From positions 3,310 through 67,309 of the forward strand of contig CAJTVU010000008.1 of NCBI GenBank assembly GCA_910580235.1: 64,000 nt of DNA. The letters are read 5' to 3'. A program made the position numbers and the translations under genes. This document shows positions 43,640-55,226 of the stretch, in pieces; the first letter of the stretch is position 1; each line of letters opens with the position of its first letter. The notes under the pieces were generated by a model that saw only the letters and a list, made by a program, of their open reading frames with translations, was not told where the DNA came from and ran no database searches. This DNA is from an uncultured Dorea sp. Its GTDB lineage: Bacteria > Bacillota > Clostridia > Lachnospirales > Lachnospiraceae.

Positions 43640-44914
43640 ATGAAAAAGTTTGTGGCATTGTTTCTGACACTGGCTCTGATGTGTGGACTGGTTGCATGCG
43701 GAAGCGGCAGCGGCGGCTCTTCAGACGGTGGGTCAGATTCTAAGGATGAGGGAGGCTCTGACGGAAAGGTATCGCTCAATGTAATCGCGGCTCAGTACGG
43801 ACAGAACACGACTTCATGGTGGGAAGGGTTCGTAAAGGACTTCACAGCAGAGTACCCGGATATCGACCTGAAAGTAGAGGTTGAATCATGGAATGATATT
43901 TCTACTGTAGTGAATACTCGTATTTCCAACAATGACGCACCGGATATCCTGAATATCGACGTATTTGCCAGCTATCAGGCAGACGGTCTTCTGCTTCCGG
44001 CAAAAGACTATGTTTCAGATGAAGTTTACAATAAGCTGTATCCTGCGTTTTTAGAGCAGTCTGATGTGGACGGCACGGTCTGGGCTATCCCTGATCTCGC
44101 TTCTGCCCGCGCTCTGTACTATAATGCAGACATTTTAGAGGCAGCTAACGCAAAAGTCCCTACTACATGGGATGAGCTGATCGAAGCCTGTGAAGCAATT
44201 AAAGCTTATGACTCCAGCATCTACCCATGGGGGATTGATATGACGACAGATGAAGGCCAGGCTGCATTCGCTTACTATACATGGAACAATGGCGGCGGTT
44301 TTGTAGACAAAGACGGCAACTGGACGCTGAACAGTGATGAGAACGTAGAGGCAATTGAATTTGCGATCAAGATGGTAAATGACGGCTACACCAACACAGA
44401 TCCTGCAAATAATACCCGTTATGACCTTCAGGATATGTTCGGCGCAGGAAAGATAGCTATGATGATCGGCCCGAACAGCATTCCACAGTATGTTGCTGAC
44501 GGCGGCTATTCTGTAAACTACGAAGTGGCTCCGATTCCTACGAACGGCGGTAACCCATCTGTTTCTGCAGGCGTTATGGATCGTTTCATGTGCTTTGACA
44601 ACGACTACTCTGACGCTGAGATGGAAGCGATCAAAACATTCTTCGATTTCTTCTATGAGGACGCTCGTTATTCCGAATGGGTTCTGATGGAAGGCTTCCT
44701 GCCAGCTACCACTACTGGAGGAGAGATTATTGCGAAGGAAGACGAAAGCATGGCAAGCTGGGTTGATATCGTGGGAAGCTGTAACTTCTATCCTACCGCT
44801 AAAACGGAATGGGATGATGTAAAGCAGGGCGTTATCAATGTAGAGCAGCAGGCGCTTCTTGGCGGCAATGTAAAAGAGCTGTTAGATGGATTACAGGCTG
44901 AGATCGCTGAATAA
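43640..44914 (+). CDS. Carbohydrate ABC transporter substrate-binding lipoprotein (family 1)
   Basis: Signal MKKFVALFLTLALMCGLVACGS and RBS AAAAGGAGG. Confidence 0.85.
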   Translation: MKKFVALFLTLALMCGLVACGSGSGGSSDGGSDSKDEGGSDGKVSLNVIAAQYGQNTTSWWEGFVKDFTAEYPDIDLKVEVESWNDISTVVNTRISNNDAPDILNIDVFASYQADGLLLPAKDYVSDEVYNKLYPAFLEQSDVDGTVWAIPDLASARALYYNADILEAANAKVPTTWDELIEACEAIKAYDSSIYPWGIDMTTDEGQAAFAYYTWNNGGGFVDKDGNWTLNSDENVEAIEFAIKMVNDGYTNTDPANNTRYDLQDMFGAGKIAMMIGPNSIPQYVADGGYSVNYEVAPIPTNGGNPSVSAGVMDRFMCFDNDYSDAEMEAIKTFFDFFYEDARYSEWVLMEGFLPATTTGGEIIAKEDESMASWVDIVGSCNFYPTAKTEWDDVKQGVINVEQQALLGGNVKELLDGLQAEIAE

Positions 44915-44949
44915 GCTTTACATATAGCTACATTTTTGAATTTCACAAA

Positions 44950-44984
44950 GTGGGCCGGGCTGTAGTGGCTCGGCTCACTTTTGT
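44950..44984 (+). terminator. Hairpin/attenuator between the SBP and permease genes
   Basis: GTGGGCCGGGC..GCTCGGCTCAC (with G-U pairs) followed by TTTTGTT. Confidence 0.5.
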
Positions 44985-45022
44985 TCTCTAGTTCTATTTG
45001 AAATTACAAGGGAGGTATCCTC

Positions 45023-45904
45023 GTGAAAAACAAAACCTTTCGTAAGGTAGAGCCTTATATCTGGATTTTGCCCAGTATTATCCTGATGGCAGTGTTCATC
45101 CTGATCCCTATTATATTCGTTTTCAGGATGGCGCTCAGTGAGGTCAGTAGAGCCGGTATCATCAGAGGCTTCGCCGGTTTTGAGAATTTTACAAAAGTAA
45201 TGAGCAATCCTGCTTTTAAGATGGTCCTTAGAAACACGATCGTCTGGACGATCGCAGTAGTAGTCCTCTCTACGCTGCTCGGTTTTATATTGGCTCTTAT
45301 ATTGAATAATGAGTTCCGAGGCCGGAAGATCGCCCGGGCTATCATGGTCTTCCCGTGGGCGACTACGCTTGTTATCCAGGCCAGTGCATGGAAATTTATC
45401 ATTGATACGGATTATGGTACTCTGAACACTTTGCTCCTGCGTCTGGGCATTATTGACCACGCCGTAAACTGGACTCCCACGGCCGGAGCTTATTTCGCGT
45501 GGGAGATCGCCTGTGGTATCTTTGTAACCATTCCGTTTGTTACATTCTGCGTTCTGTCTGGGCTTCAAAGTATTGATACTACTTATTACGAAGCGGCTAC
45601 AGTGGACGGCGCAAGCTACTGGCAGCAGCTTTTCCAGATTACGCTGCCTCTGGTGCGCTCCTCTCTGACGGTAAGTACAGTGTTGAATATCATTTATGTC
45701 TTCAACTCTTTCCCGATCATCTGGACGATTACGAAGGGCGATCCTGCCAACCATACGGATACACTGGTTACATATCTTTACAAACTGGCCTTCTATAATG
45801 GGAAACAAGGACAGGCGGCCGCGGTTTCTGTAATCGGCTTTATGATCCTGCTTATATGCGCTAGCGTATACATGGTCTACACCTTACGGAAAGGAGATGA
45901 ATAA
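45023..45904 (+). CDS. Carbohydrate ABC transporter permease (MalF/UgpA-like)
   Basis: Six-TM BPD-type permease with EAA-like loop YEAATVDGASYWQQLFQITLP. GTG start 7 nt after GGGAGG. Confidence 0.85.
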   Translation: MKNKTFRKVEPYIWILPSIILMAVFILIPIIFVFRMALSEVSRAGIIRGFAGFENFTKVMSNPAFKMVLRNTIVWTIAVVVLSTLLGFILALILNNEFRGRKIARAIMVFPWATTLVIQASAWKFIIDTDYGTLNTLLLRLGIIDHAVNWTPTAGAYFAWEIACGIFVTIPFVTFCVLSGLQSIDTTYYEAATVDGASYWQQLFQITLPLVRSSLTVSTVLNIIYVFNSFPIIWTITKGDPANHTDTLVTYLYKLAFYNGKQGQAAAVSVIGFMILLICASVYMVYTLRKGDE

Positions 45905-45905
45905 T

Positions 45906-46751
45906 ATGGCAAAGGAACGATCACCAAAGAGAATAATCCTGCGCGTCCTGCTCTATGTTGTGGTAATTATCGTATGCATCGTCACGCTGTATCCTTATTT
46001 TGCCATGTTCTGCACTGCTTTAAAGAGCAGGGCTGAGATTTTCTCCATTAATGGGACGATACTTCCGATCAAAGCAGTTTGGTCCAACTTTATTGATATA
46101 TGGAAGAGAGCGCCTATGGCCAATTATATGCTTAACTCGATCATGATTGCCGGCGGCTCTACTATCATTGCTATGCTGTGCGGTATTCCTGCGGCGTATG
46201 CGCTGGCGCGGATGAAATTCAAAGGACAGACAGTCTTTTTAGGTTTTGTCATTGTTTCTCAGATGTTCGCTCCAGTAGTCCTGTTGGTCGGTATTTACAA
46301 GGTTATGTCCATCCTGAGCCTGACGAATAGCATTCTGGGACTTGTGTTCATTAACGCGGCTTTTAACCAGGCTTTTACGATATGGCTTTTGCGGGGGACA
46401 TTTATGGGCATTTCTCCGGAGATGGAGCAAGCCGCCACAATAGATGGGTGCAACAGGATCCAGGGTATGACGAAAGTCCTGCTCCCTGTAGCGGCTCCCG
46501 GGATCGTAACGACTTTGATCTTTATCTTTATTAATGCATGGAACGAGTACACAGTCGCATTGTGCCTGATTTCTGCCAGCGAGCGCGAGCCTCTGACGGT
46601 CGGGATCAATGTATTCAACGGGTACAATATGATTGAGTGGCAGTATCTGTTTGCCGCCTCGCTCTTCGCCATTGTTCCTGTTGTAATCCTCTTTATGGGC
46701 ATTGAGAAGAATCTGGTCAGTGGTCTTGCTTCTGGAGGAGTAAAAGGCTAG
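45906..46751 (+). CDS. Carbohydrate ABC transporter permease (MalG/UgpE-like)
   Basis: EAA loop EQAATIDGCNRIQGMTKVLLP. ATG 45906 has better RBS spacing than 45897. Confidence 0.85.
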   Translation: MAKERSPKRIILRVLLYVVVIIVCIVTLYPYFAMFCTALKSRAEIFSINGTILPIKAVWSNFIDIWKRAPMANYMLNSIMIAGGSTIIAMLCGIPAAYALARMKFKGQTVFLGFVIVSQMFAPVVLLVGIYKVMSILSLTNSILGLVFINAAFNQAFTIWLLRGTFMGISPEMEQAATIDGCNRIQGMTKVLLPVAAPGIVTTLIFIFINAWNEYTVALCLISASEREPLTVGINVFNGYNMIEWQYLFAASLFAIVPVVILFMGIEKNLVSGLASGGVKG

Positions 46752-46788
46752 GCGGATATAATACAAAGGTGATACATAGTAAGTATAG

Positions 46789-46829
46789 AGGATGCTTTTG
46801 GCGCCTGTGCGCGGAAAGCGTCCTTTTTA
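46789..46829. terminator. Hairpin between convergent genes
   Basis: AGGATGCTTTTGGCGC..GCGCGGAAAGCGTCCT followed by TTTTT. Confidence 0.5.
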
Positions 46830-46849
46830 TAATATGTTTATATCTGTCC

Positions 46850-47440
46850 TTATTGTTTTTTGGCATCTTTATCAAAATAACGTATTACTTTGCAAGGATT
46901 CCCTACTGCAACACAATTTGCAGGAATAGGACGGGTTACTACGCTTCCGGCTCCAATCACGCTGTTCTCCCCTATAGTCACTCCCGGAAGGAGGATGCAG
47001 CCGCCCCCAATCCAGGCGTTGTCCTTTATTTCCACCGGGCGGGCATAGGTCTTGAAAAATGTCGTCCCACGCTCTTTCCAGTCTGGTACAAGCCGCTCCT
47101 CTGGAAGAACAGGGTGGGAGGCCGTATAGATCTGTACATTCGACGCGATCATCACTTTATCGCCGATCCGGATAGGATTGTTGTCTACAAAAGTACAATT
47201 CATGCCGATGACCACATCATTTCCTATAAAGATATTCTTCCCATGATCGCAATGGAAGGGGGTGTCGATCCCCACATTTTCTCCGATGCCTCCTAACAGT
47301 TCCTGAAGAATAGCAGACCGCTTTTCTTTATCGCTATAGTCGGATGAATAATATTCCCGTGTTAATTGCCTTGTGCGGGCGATTAATTCTAGTGTGCTGC
47401 TGTCCGCGGTCTCTAAAAAATCACTTTCTTCATAATACAT
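46850..47440 (-). CDS. Sugar O-acetyltransferase (maltose/galactoside acetyltransferase, hexapeptide repeat)
   Basis: Mac-type N-terminus plus left-handed beta-helix hexapeptide repeats (IGDKVMIASNVQI, IGENSVIGAGSVV). Confidence 0.85.
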   Translation of the reverse strand: MYYEESDFLETADSSTLELIARTRQLTREYYSSDYSDKEKRSAILQELLGGIGENVGIDTPFHCDHGKNIFIGNDVVIGMNCTFVDNNPIRIGDKVMIASNVQIYTASHPVLPEERLVPDWKERGTTFFKTYARPVEIKDNAWIGGGCILLPGVTIGENSVIGAGSVVTRPIPANCVAVGNPCKVIRYFDKDAKKQ

Positions 47441-47478
47441 GTCTGGCCTCCTGTCTGAATCTTTTTTTCTATACCTAT

Positions 47479-47536
47479 CCGGGCATCCCGCAATACATGC
47501 CCCTGCCGGGGCGGGCGGACTTCGTCCGGTAAGGCG
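47479..47536 (+). repeat. Conserved structured intergenic motif, copy C
   Basis: CCGGGCATCCCGCAATACATGCCCCTGCCGGGGCGGGCGGACTTCGTCCGGTAAGGCG. It lies between two minus-strand genes. Confidence 0.6.
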
Positions 47537-47615
47537 TGATTCTTGAGAGCCCTTTGAAAAAGGCTTGCTATTATTATAGTGCAGTTAGTAGAATGAAGAT
47601 ATCTTATTTCTGACT

Positions 47616-48527
47616 TTATATATCACGATCCTGCCATCTTTCTCGATATTCTGAAGGCGTACAGTGTGCATATTCTCGAAAGACTTTCCCGAAATAACTG
47701 CTGCTCCCAAGGCCGCATGCGTGGCTAACAGCTGTAATAGGCTCTTTTCCTCTTGCCAGCATCTGGCACGCAATCTGCAAGCGATAGTTTTTTATATATT
47801 CTGCAGGCGTCATATGGAGGCAATTATGGAACACTCTGAAGCACTCGCGCTCGCTTAAGTATGCCGCCGCCGCAAGTTCCGGGATGGAGATTTTTTCAGA
47901 ATAATGCTCGTGAATATAGATCAGCATTAATTTTATTTTGTCGTTGCTCTTATTATAGGCTCCGCCCTTAGCCAGCATAGGAGCCGCTTGCTCAAAAAGC
48001 AGCAGCCATATTTCCGACAGGGATTCACGCAGCTTTATTTCATATCCGAATTCTTTGCCTGAAAAGCGGAAGGCTTCCCGGATGAGCTTCAGGATCTCCT
48101 TCTGGGCTGCATTTTCAGGAAAAAGAGGAAGGATCTCAATTTGTGGGGCTGTCACAATAGGAGCAAAGTATTTTTGCTCTATCTTGCCTCCTTGCTCTCC
48201 GGCAAGCAAGGAGGCGTCAAAAATGTGGAGGATCGGGATGTTCTTCTCGGACTGAGATATTGCTTTTGTTGCGTGGAGCACATTTGAGTTTACAAGGCCG
48301 CCGCTTCCGGCAGGGAAGCATACCTTCCCTCCGGGCGTGTAATACTCAAGAGCGCCGCTTTCCATGTAAAAGAGCTCCATTGCCTTGTGCCAGTGCCATG
48401 GCACAGAACGGCTTATGTACTTGTCAAGATACGCCCTTGAAGCAATATAGGGAAACTCATTTTCAAAATCGGGAAGCAATTCTTCCTTGCTTCCAGTATG
48501 AAATTCTATATTTTGTATATTTTTCAT
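47616..48527 (-). CDS. AraC-family transcriptional regulator (cupin plus HTH)
   Basis: Cupin-like N-terminus (WHWHKAMELFY) and a C-terminal double HTH. RBS AGGAGGTGG precedes ATG 48527. Confidence 0.85.
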   Translation of the reverse strand: MKNIQNIEFHTGSKEELLPDFENEFPYIASRAYLDKYISRSVPWHWHKAMELFYMESGALEYYTPGGKVCFPAGSGGLVNSNVLHATKAISQSEKNIPILHIFDASLLAGEQGGKIEQKYFAPIVTAPQIEILPLFPENAAQKEILKLIREAFRFSGKEFGYEIKLRESLSEIWLLLFEQAAPMLAKGGAYNKSNDKIKLMLIYIHEHYSEKISIPELAAAAYLSERECFRVFHNCLHMTPAEYIKNYRLQIACQMLARGKEPITAVSHACGLGSSSYFGKVFREYAHCTPSEYRERWQDRDI

Positions 48528-48730
48528 GCCAGTCCACCTCCTATGCCTATGATACTGTACGAAAGTTTGTACCTGCTTAAGCATGAGCTTAATATACGGC
48601 ATGAGAGATGGCTTGTCAATGATGCCTTTGGCAGAGTGGGTTCGGGAAATTGTGAAAACAGTTGTGAAATCTTGTGTTTTATATGAGTGTTTGGTATATT
48701 TAGAAGTAAGAGAGACAGGAGGGGCAGCAT

Positions 48731-49342
48731 ATGAAAGTCAAAATTATTCAGAACGAAGCGCAGTTGGAGTCGCTAGAGCCGTTTTACGTAGATAAGCTTC
48801 TGTGGGGAACGAAGAGCGTGCCGAAGACTTATGGCTATATCGGGTTTGTGCCTGGAGACGGATTCTGCCTTAAGATGGTGTGCGAAGAGAAAGAGCCTCT
48901 TCGACAATATTCCAAGGACATGGATCCTGTATACAGGGATAGTGCGATGGAGGCGTTCTTCTTATTTGAGCCAAGACGGGAGAACCTTGAATCTTTGCCG
49001 TATATTAATTTAGAAGCAAATGCGAACGGCGCATTGCTGGCTGCATACGGACAGGAGCGCCTGTACAGGTCGTATTTCTCGCGGAAAGAATATAAGCAGT
49101 TCAAGTGCAGAGCTAAGATCAGAGAGAATGACTGGACGCTTTCTATAAAGCTTCCGATCCGCGTGCTGGAGCGGGTTTACGGGCCGTTGCATCTTGGAGA
49201 GGGCAGCTCGTTTACTTGTAACTTCTACAAAATATCGGAGACGAAAGAGATTGAGCATTATGCGTCTTACTCGCGGATTGAATCCAAAGTGCCCAGCTTC
49301 CATCTCCCAGAGTTTTTTGAAAAAGCAGTTATTATGAAATAA
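48731..49342 (+). CDS. Carbohydrate-binding family 9-like protein
   Basis: About 200 aa with DSAMEAFF..EANANG..F blocks resembling CBM9-like proteins, next to AraC and a sugar transporter. Confidence 0.5.
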   Translation: MKVKIIQNEAQLESLEPFYVDKLLWGTKSVPKTYGYIGFVPGDGFCLKMVCEEKEPLRQYSKDMDPVYRDSAMEAFFLFEPRRENLESLPYINLEANANGALLAAYGQERLYRSYFSRKEYKQFKCRAKIRENDWTLSIKLPIRVLERVYGPLHLGEGSSFTCNFYKISETKEIEHYASYSRIESKVPSFHLPEFFEKAVIMK

Positions 49343-49346
49343 ATTG

Positions 49347-49372
49347 GGGACGGGGTATTTTTATCCCGTCCC
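49347..49372. repeat. GGGACGGGG..CCCGTCCC hairpin, related to 21864..21903
   Basis: GGGACGGGGT attttt ATCCCGTCCC followed by AGATT, the same arm sequence and 3' flank as the 21.9-kb copy. Confidence 0.55.
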
Positions 49373-49393
49373 AGATTAAGAGGAGAATTTGTT

Positions 49394-49957
49394 ATGAACA
49401 GAGAACAGGCGCACGAAATATTGATGAAATATATGAAGGGTGAAGAGTACATTGCTCATTCTTATGCGGCGGAAGCGATTATGAGAGGGCTCGCGAAGCG
49501 CCTTGCGCCGGACGAGGTGGAATACTGGGGGATCGTGGGGCTTCTCCATGACCTTGACGAAGAGCAGTGTGACTGGAGGAATGATATGAAGGTACACGGG
49601 CCGACTTCTGTGGAGATATTGAAGAAAGAGGGCATAGAAGATCCGATCCTATTCGATGCGATCCGCGCCCATAATCCAAAATGCGGCATGAAGGCGAGGA
49701 CGAAGCTTCAATATTCTATATTGGCGGCGGATCCTATGAGCGGATTTGTGAAAGCGGTCGCACAGGTCTATCCAGATAAAAAGGTGGCGAGCGTAAAGCA
49801 TAAGTCCGTTATGAAGCGGTTTAATGAGAGCCGATTTGCGGCCGGGGCCAACAGGGACTATATGGAATGCATCGAATTTACGGGCCTGAGCCTTGACGAT
49901 CTGATAGATGTAGCCCTGGAGGAGATGACGGCTATTGCAGATAAGCTGGGGCTATAG
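49394..49957 (+). CDS. HD-domain metal-dependent phosphohydrolase
   Basis: H..LLHDLD motif, about 187 aa. Confidence 0.75.
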   Translation: MNREQAHEILMKYMKGEEYIAHSYAAEAIMRGLAKRLAPDEVEYWGIVGLLHDLDEEQCDWRNDMKVHGPTSVEILKKEGIEDPILFDAIRAHNPKCGMKARTKLQYSILAADPMSGFVKAVAQVYPDKKVASVKHKSVMKRFNESRFAAGANRDYMECIEFTGLSLDDLIDVALEEMTAIADKLGL

Positions 49958-50012
49958 AAGGTAAGCCGGATCACCAGGAAAGCTATTTTCAGGCGAAACC
50001 TTATGAAACCCC

Positions 50013-50041
50013 TTGACAATGGCGGAATTTCGTAATACACT
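50013..50041 (+). promoter_or_regulatory. Sigma-A type promoter of the rpsL-rpsG-fusA(-tuf) operon
   Basis: TTGACA, 17 nt, TACACT. Confidence 0.5.
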
Positions 50042-50189
50042 ATTCTGGCGTGCAGAAAAATGCATACCTTACCGGAGGAAGCCCCTTTGTCGCAAATATG
50101 CGGTGTGGGATGACCGGAAGGGTATGATTTTTGTGTACCTATCATTCAGATACGAATGCAACTTATTATCATTATAGGAGGTGAAAAGA

Positions 50190-50609
50190 ATGCCAACATT
50201 TAACCAGTTAGTTAAGAAGGGACGTCAGACATCTGTAAAGAAGTCTACCGCTCCGGCACTCCAGAAAGGGTACAACTCTCTTAGAAAGAAAGCGACGAAT
50301 GAGTCCGCTCCTCAGAAGAGAGGCGTATGTACGGCAGTTAAGACAGCCACGCCTAAGAAGCCGAATTCAGCTCTTAGGAAGATTGCCAGGGTCCGTCTTT
50401 CTAACGGTATCGAAGTGACAAGCTACATTCCAGGCGAAGGGCACAACCTTCAGGAGCACAGCGTTGTCCTGATCCGTGGAGGAAGAGTAAAAGACCTTCC
50501 AGGTACAAGATACCACATTATCCGTGGAACGCTTGACACAGCAGGCGTTGCAAAGAGAAGGCAGGCGCGTTCTAAATATGGCGCTAAGAGGCCGAAAGAC
50601 GCGAAGTAG
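50190..50609 (+). CDS. rpsL: 30S ribosomal protein S12
   Basis: [22 protein letters not shown] signature. RBS AGGAGG is present. Confidence 0.97.
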   Translation: MPTFNQLVKKGRQTSVKKSTAPALQKGYNSLRKKATNESAPQKRGVCTAVKTATPKKPNSALRKIARVRLSNGIEVTSYIPGEGHNLQEHSVVLIRGGRVKDLPGTRYHIIRGTLDTAGVAKRRQARSKYGAKRPKDAK

Positions 50610-50785
50610 ATCCGAAAGCGCTCTGTAAGAGCGAACTGTAAGAAGGACTACCTTTTATTATTAAAGAATATTCACAAACAGAACTATGATGGAGTAAGTT
50701 GCGAGACATAGATGATCTATACTTATGTCCTTGCACTGCACAGTATCATTAGAACGACACATGTGAGTACCTGTGAATTAAATGA

Positions 50786-51277
<492 letters not shown>

Positions 51278-51286
51278 GAGGCAACA

Positions 51287-53404
51287 ATGGCTGGAAGAGA
51301 ATATCCATTGGATAGAACAAGAAATATCGGTATTATGGCGCATATTGATGCGGGTAAGACGACGACAACAGAGCGTATTCTCTACTATACCGGTGTTAAC
51401 CACAAGATTGGCGATACTCACGAAGGAACTGCTACCATGGACTGGATGGAGCAGGAACAGGAGAGAGGCATCACAATTACTTCTGCTGCTACGACATGTC
51501 ACTGGACACTGCAGGAAAACTGCAAGCCGAAAGAAGGCGCACAGGAGCATCGTATTAATATTATTGATACCCCGGGACACGTTGACTTCACAGTAGAAGT
51601 AGAGAGGTCGCTTCGTGTGCTTGACGGTGCGGTAGGCGTATTCTGCGCGAAGGGCGGAGTCGAGCCCCAGTCAGAGAACGTATGGCGTCAGGCGGACACA
51701 TACAACGTGCCGAGAATGGCCTTCATTAATAAGATGGACATTCTGGGAGCAGATTTCTACGGGGCAGTAGAACAGATTAAGACGAGGCTGGGGAAGAATG
51801 CAGTCTGCATCCAGCTCCCGATCGGAAAAGAGGATGATTTCAAGGGAGTCGTTGACTTGTTTGAAATGAAAGCCTATATTTACAATGACAACAAGGGCGA
51901 GGATATTTCCATTGAGGACATTCCAGACGATATGAAAGATGACGCAGAGCTCTACCGCACAGAGCTGGTGGAGAAGATCTGTGAGATGGACGACGATCTT
52001 ATGATGGAATATCTGGAGGGCGAGGAGCCTTCCATGGAGACGCTGAAAGCAACGCTGAGAAAAGCCACATGCGAGTGTACGGCGGTTCCGGTCTGCTGTG
52101 GGACGGCTTACAGGAATAAGGGCGTGCAGAAGCTGCTGGACGCAGTTATCGAGTTCATGCCGTCGCCGTTAGACATCCCGCCGATCCAGGGCGTTGATGA
52201 GGATGGGAATGATGTTGTGAGACATTCTTCCGATGAGGAGCCGTTCTCAGCCCTTGCATTTAAGATCATGACAGACCCATTTGTCGGTAAGCTGGCATAT
52301 TTCCGCGTGTATTCCGGCACAATGAATTCTGGTTCTTACGTGCTGAATGCATCGAAAGGAAAGAAAGAGCGTGTAGGGCGTATCTTGCAGATGCACGCAA
52401 ATAAAAGAGCGGAGCTTGACAAAGTATATTCTGGAGATATAGCTGCTGCGATCGGATTTAAGTTCACATCGACAGGCGATACACTCTGCGACGAGCGGAA
52501 TCCGGTAATTCTGGAGTCTATGGAGTTCCCGGAGCCGGTTATTGAGCTGGCTATCGAGCCGAAGACAAAGGCTTCCCAGGGCAAGCTTGGCGAGTCTCTT
52601 GCGAAGCTTGCAGAAGAGGATCCGACGTTCCGCGCGCACACAGATCAGGAGACGGGACAGACGATCATCGCTGGAATGGGCGAGCTCCATCTGGAGATCA
52701 TCGTAGACAGGCTTCTGCGTGAATTCAAGGTTGAGGCGAATGTCGGCGCGCCGCAGGTTGCTTATAAGGAAGCATTTACGAAAGCGGTCGAGGTTGACAG
52801 CAAGTATGCGAAACAGTCAGGCGGGCGTGGACAGTACGGACATTGTAAAGTTAAGTTCGAGCCTATGGATATCAATGGCGAGGAGACGTTCCAGTTCGAG
52901 TCCACTGTAGTCGGAGGAGCGATCCCGAAGGAATATATCCCGAAGATAGGGGAAGGTATCGAGGAGGCTATGCAGTCTGGCATTCTTGGAGGATTCCCGG
53001 TCGTGGGCGTGAAAGCGAACGTATACGACGGATCTTATCACGAGGTAGACTCAAGCGAGATGGCGTTCCACATCGCAGGCTCTCTGGCATTTAAAGATGC
53101 TATGAAGAAGGCTGATCCGATCCTCTGCGAGCCGATCATGAAGGTTGAAGTAACGATGCCGGAAGAGTATATGGGCGATGTGATCGGTGATATCAACTCA
53201 CGCCGCGGACGTATCGAAGGCATGGACGACCTGGGCGGAGGAAAGATCGTGCGTGGATTCGTTCCGCTGTCCGAGATGTTCGGATATTCTACAGATCTTC
53301 GTTCCAGGACACAGGGACGCGGGAACTATTCAATGTTCTTTGAGAAGTATGAGCAAGTTCCGAAATCTGTGCAGGAGAAAGTACTGTCAAACAAGAATGC
53401 GTAA
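51287..53404 (+). CDS. fusA: Translation elongation factor G
   Basis: [26 protein letters not shown]. 705 aa. Confidence 0.97.
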   Translation: MAGREYPLDRTRNIGIMAHIDAGKTTTTERILYYTGVNHKIGDTHEGTATMDWMEQEQERGITITSAATTCHWTLQENCKPKEGAQEHRINIIDTPGHVDFTVEVERSLRVLDGAVGVFCAKGGVEPQSENVWRQADTYNVPRMAFINKMDILGADFYGAVEQIKTRLGKNAVCIQLPIGKEDDFKGVVDLFEMKAYIYNDNKGEDISIEDIPDDMKDDAELYRTELVEKICEMDDDLMMEYLEGEEPSMETLKATLRKATCECTAVPVCCGTAYRNKGVQKLLDAVIEFMPSPLDIPPIQGVDEDGNDVVRHSSDEEPFSALAFKIMTDPFVGKLAYFRVYSGTMNSGSYVLNASKGKKERVGRILQMHANKRAELDKVYSGDIAAAIGFKFTSTGDTLCDERNPVILESMEFPEPVIELAIEPKTKASQGKLGESLAKLAEEDPTFRAHTDQETGQTIIAGMGELHLEIIVDRLLREFKVEANVGAPQVAYKEAFTKAVEVDSKYAKQSGGRGQYGHCKVKFEPMDINGEETFQFESTVVGGAIPKEYIPKIGEGIEEAMQSGILGGFPVVGVKANVYDGSYHEVDSSEMAFHIAGSLAFKDAMKKADPILCEPIMKVEVTMPEEYMGDVIGDINSRRGRIEGMDDLGGGKIVRGFVPLSEMFGYSTDLRSRTQGRGNYSMFFEKYEQVPKSVQEKVLSNKNA

Positions 53405-53437
53405 GCAGGCGCAATTAAAATTAAATAGTAAAAAGTC

Positions 53438-53466
53438 TTGAAAAACTGGCTCATTTGAAATATAAT
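53438..53466 (+). promoter_or_regulatory. Internal promoter for tuf
   Basis: TTGAAA, 17 nt, TATAAT in the fusA-tuf spacer. Confidence 0.55.
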
Positions 53467-53535
53467 CAGAGTTAGTGAGCAAACGTAAAATATTAAAATT
53501 GCCGTTTAGGCGCTATAATAAGGAGGATATTCAAA

Positions 53536-54723
53536 ATGGCAAAGGCTAAATTTGAAAGAAACAAACCGCATTGTAATATCGGTACTATCGGTCACGTTGA
53601 CCATGGTAAGACAACTCTTACAGCTGCTATCACAAAAGTACTGGCAGAGAGAGTTGAAGGTAACGCAGTAGTAGATTTCGAGAACATTGACAAGGCTCCG
53701 GAAGAGAGAGAGCGTGGTATCACGATTTCTACAGCGCACGTTGAGTATGAGACAGAGAACCGCCACTATGCACATGTTGACTGTCCGGGACATGCTGACT
53801 ACGTTAAGAACATGATCACGGGAGCAGCGCAGATGGATGGCGCTATCCTCGTAGTTGCTGCGACTGACGGCGTTATGGCTCAGACAAAAGAGCACATCCT
53901 GCTCTCTCGTCAGGTAGGCGTTCCTTATATCGTTGTATTCCTTAACAAGTGCGATATGGTTGATGATGAAGAGCTTATCGAGCTTGTAGAGATGGAAGTA
54001 ACAGAGCAGTTAGAGGAATATGAGTTCACAGACTGCCCGATCGTTAAAGGTTCCGCGCTTAAGGCTCTTGAGGATCCGTCAGGCGAGTGGGGCGATAAGA
54101 TCATGGAGCTTATGGCTACAGTTGACGAGTATATCCCGGATCCAAAGCGTGCTACAGATCAGCCGTTCCTTATGCCTGTAGAGGACGTATTCTCTATTAC
54201 AGGACGTGGAACAGTTGCTACAGGTAGAGTAGAGCGTGGCGTCCTTCATGTATCTGACGAAGTAGAGATCGTTGGTATCCATGAGGAAGTTAAGAAGACA
54301 GTCGTAACAGGTGTTGAGATGTTCCGTAAGCTTCTTGACGAGGCTCAGGCTGGCGACAACATCGGCGCTCTTCTCCGTGGCGTTCAGAGAACAGAGATTG
54401 AAAGAGGCCAGGTTCTTATCAAACCAGGCACAGTTAAATGCCATAAGAAATTTACGGCTCAGGTATACGTTTTGACAAAGGACGAGGGTGGACGTCATAC
54501 TCCGTTCTTCAACAACTACCGTCCACAGTTCTACTTCAGGACAACAGACGTTACAGGCGTATGTAACCTTCCAGACGGTATCGAGATGTGCATGCCTGGC
54601 GATAACGTAGAGATGACAGTTGAGCTGATCCATCCAGTAGCTATGGAGCAGGGTCTTACATTCGCTATCCGTGAGGGTGGTCGTACAGTAGGTTCTGGAA
54701 GGGTTGCTACAATCATTGAGTAA
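53536..54723 (+). CDS. tuf: Translation elongation factor Tu
   Basis: [21 protein letters not shown]. 395 aa. Confidence 0.98.
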   Translation: MAKAKFERNKPHCNIGTIGHVDHGKTTLTAAITKVLAERVEGNAVVDFENIDKAPEERERGITISTAHVEYETENRHYAHVDCPGHADYVKNMITGAAQMDGAILVVAATDGVMAQTKEHILLSRQVGVPYIVVFLNKCDMVDDEELIELVEMEVTEQLEEYEFTDCPIVKGSALKALEDPSGEWGDKIMELMATVDEYIPDPKRATDQPFLMPVEDVFSITGRGTVATGRVERGVLHVSDEVEIVGIHEEVKKTVVTGVEMFRKLLDEAQAGDNIGALLRGVQRTEIERGQVLIKPGTVKCHKKFTAQVYVLTKDEGGRHTPFFNNYRPQFYFRTTDVTGVCNLPDGIEMCMPGDNVEMTVELIHPVAMEQGLTFAIREGGRTVGSGRVATIIE

Positions 54724-54765
54724 TCTCACGAAAGCTTTGAGCTAAGCGCATAAAAGGCGATAATA

Positions 54766-54802
54766 ATAGGGACTCCAAGTTTAACTTGGACGTCCCTATT
54801 TT
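54766..54802 (+). terminator. Intrinsic terminator after tuf
   Basis: AATAGGGACTCCAAGT..ACTTGGACGTCCCTATT followed by TTATT. Confidence 0.8.
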
Positions 54803-55009
54803 ATTGCCTCTGCGGGCATTTAGAGAATGCCCGTGACCGAGGAAATGTGAAACATTTTCGAGGTGCGCTTGGTGGTAATATGGGGCTTTCTTAAAGATGA
54901 GGAAGCCCTTTCTTAAATTTTGCAACAGTGAAAAAGTGGAAAGCGGTGCCAAAACGGTGCCATAAAGTAGAAATTTTATGAAGTTTGATTATGTATCAGA
55001 GAAAATACT

Positions 55010-55038
55010 TTGACATATTCATAGTATAGTGTTAATAT
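55010..55038 (+). promoter_or_regulatory. Near-consensus orphan promoter driving a short antisense RNA
   Basis: TTGACA, 17 nt, TAATAT. No ORF follows. Confidence 0.55.
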
Positions 55039-55044
55039 GATTAT

Positions 55045-55133
55045 AGAAAGGGCGCTACCGATAGACGGTTAGCCCGGTATATAAGTGAAACAAAAATTGC
55101 CGCTTAGTTTACCAGACAGGGCGGCTATTTTTG
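55045..55133 (+). ncRNA. Candidate antitoxin sRNA (type I TA), convergent with the small toxin ORF
   Basis: It runs from the predicted TSS to the hairpin GCCGC..GCGGC plus TATTTTTG (55099..55133). Its 3' end overlaps the toxin stop codon and 3' UTR on the opposite strand. Confidence 0.45.
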
Positions 55134-55226
55134 TGATTTATTGCTTCCGATGGTATATCCAAGTCCGAAAGAGGTCAAGCATAAGCTGATTACTGCAATC
55201 AGACTTTCAATAGTCAACATTGGCAT
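55125..55226 (-). CDS. Small hydrophobic peptide, holin-like / type I toxin candidate (33 aa, absent from the ORF track)
   Basis: MPMLTIESLIAVISLCLTSFGLGYTIGSNKSQK. RBS AAAGGAGGGG precedes the ATG. A terminator hairpin and U-tract directly follow the stop. Confidence 0.55.
   Translation of the reverse strand: MPMLTIESLIAVISLCLTSFGLGYTIGSNKSQK

Noticed and set aside
54803-54960. 79-aa minus-strand ORF (54713..54952) and several hairpins downstream of tuf.
   Set aside because: The ORF overlaps the tuf terminator and has no RBS. The hairpins (GCGGGCAT..ATGCCCG, GGGCTTTC..GGAAGCCC) are noted only as possible extra terminators or a partial copy of the motif's first stem.
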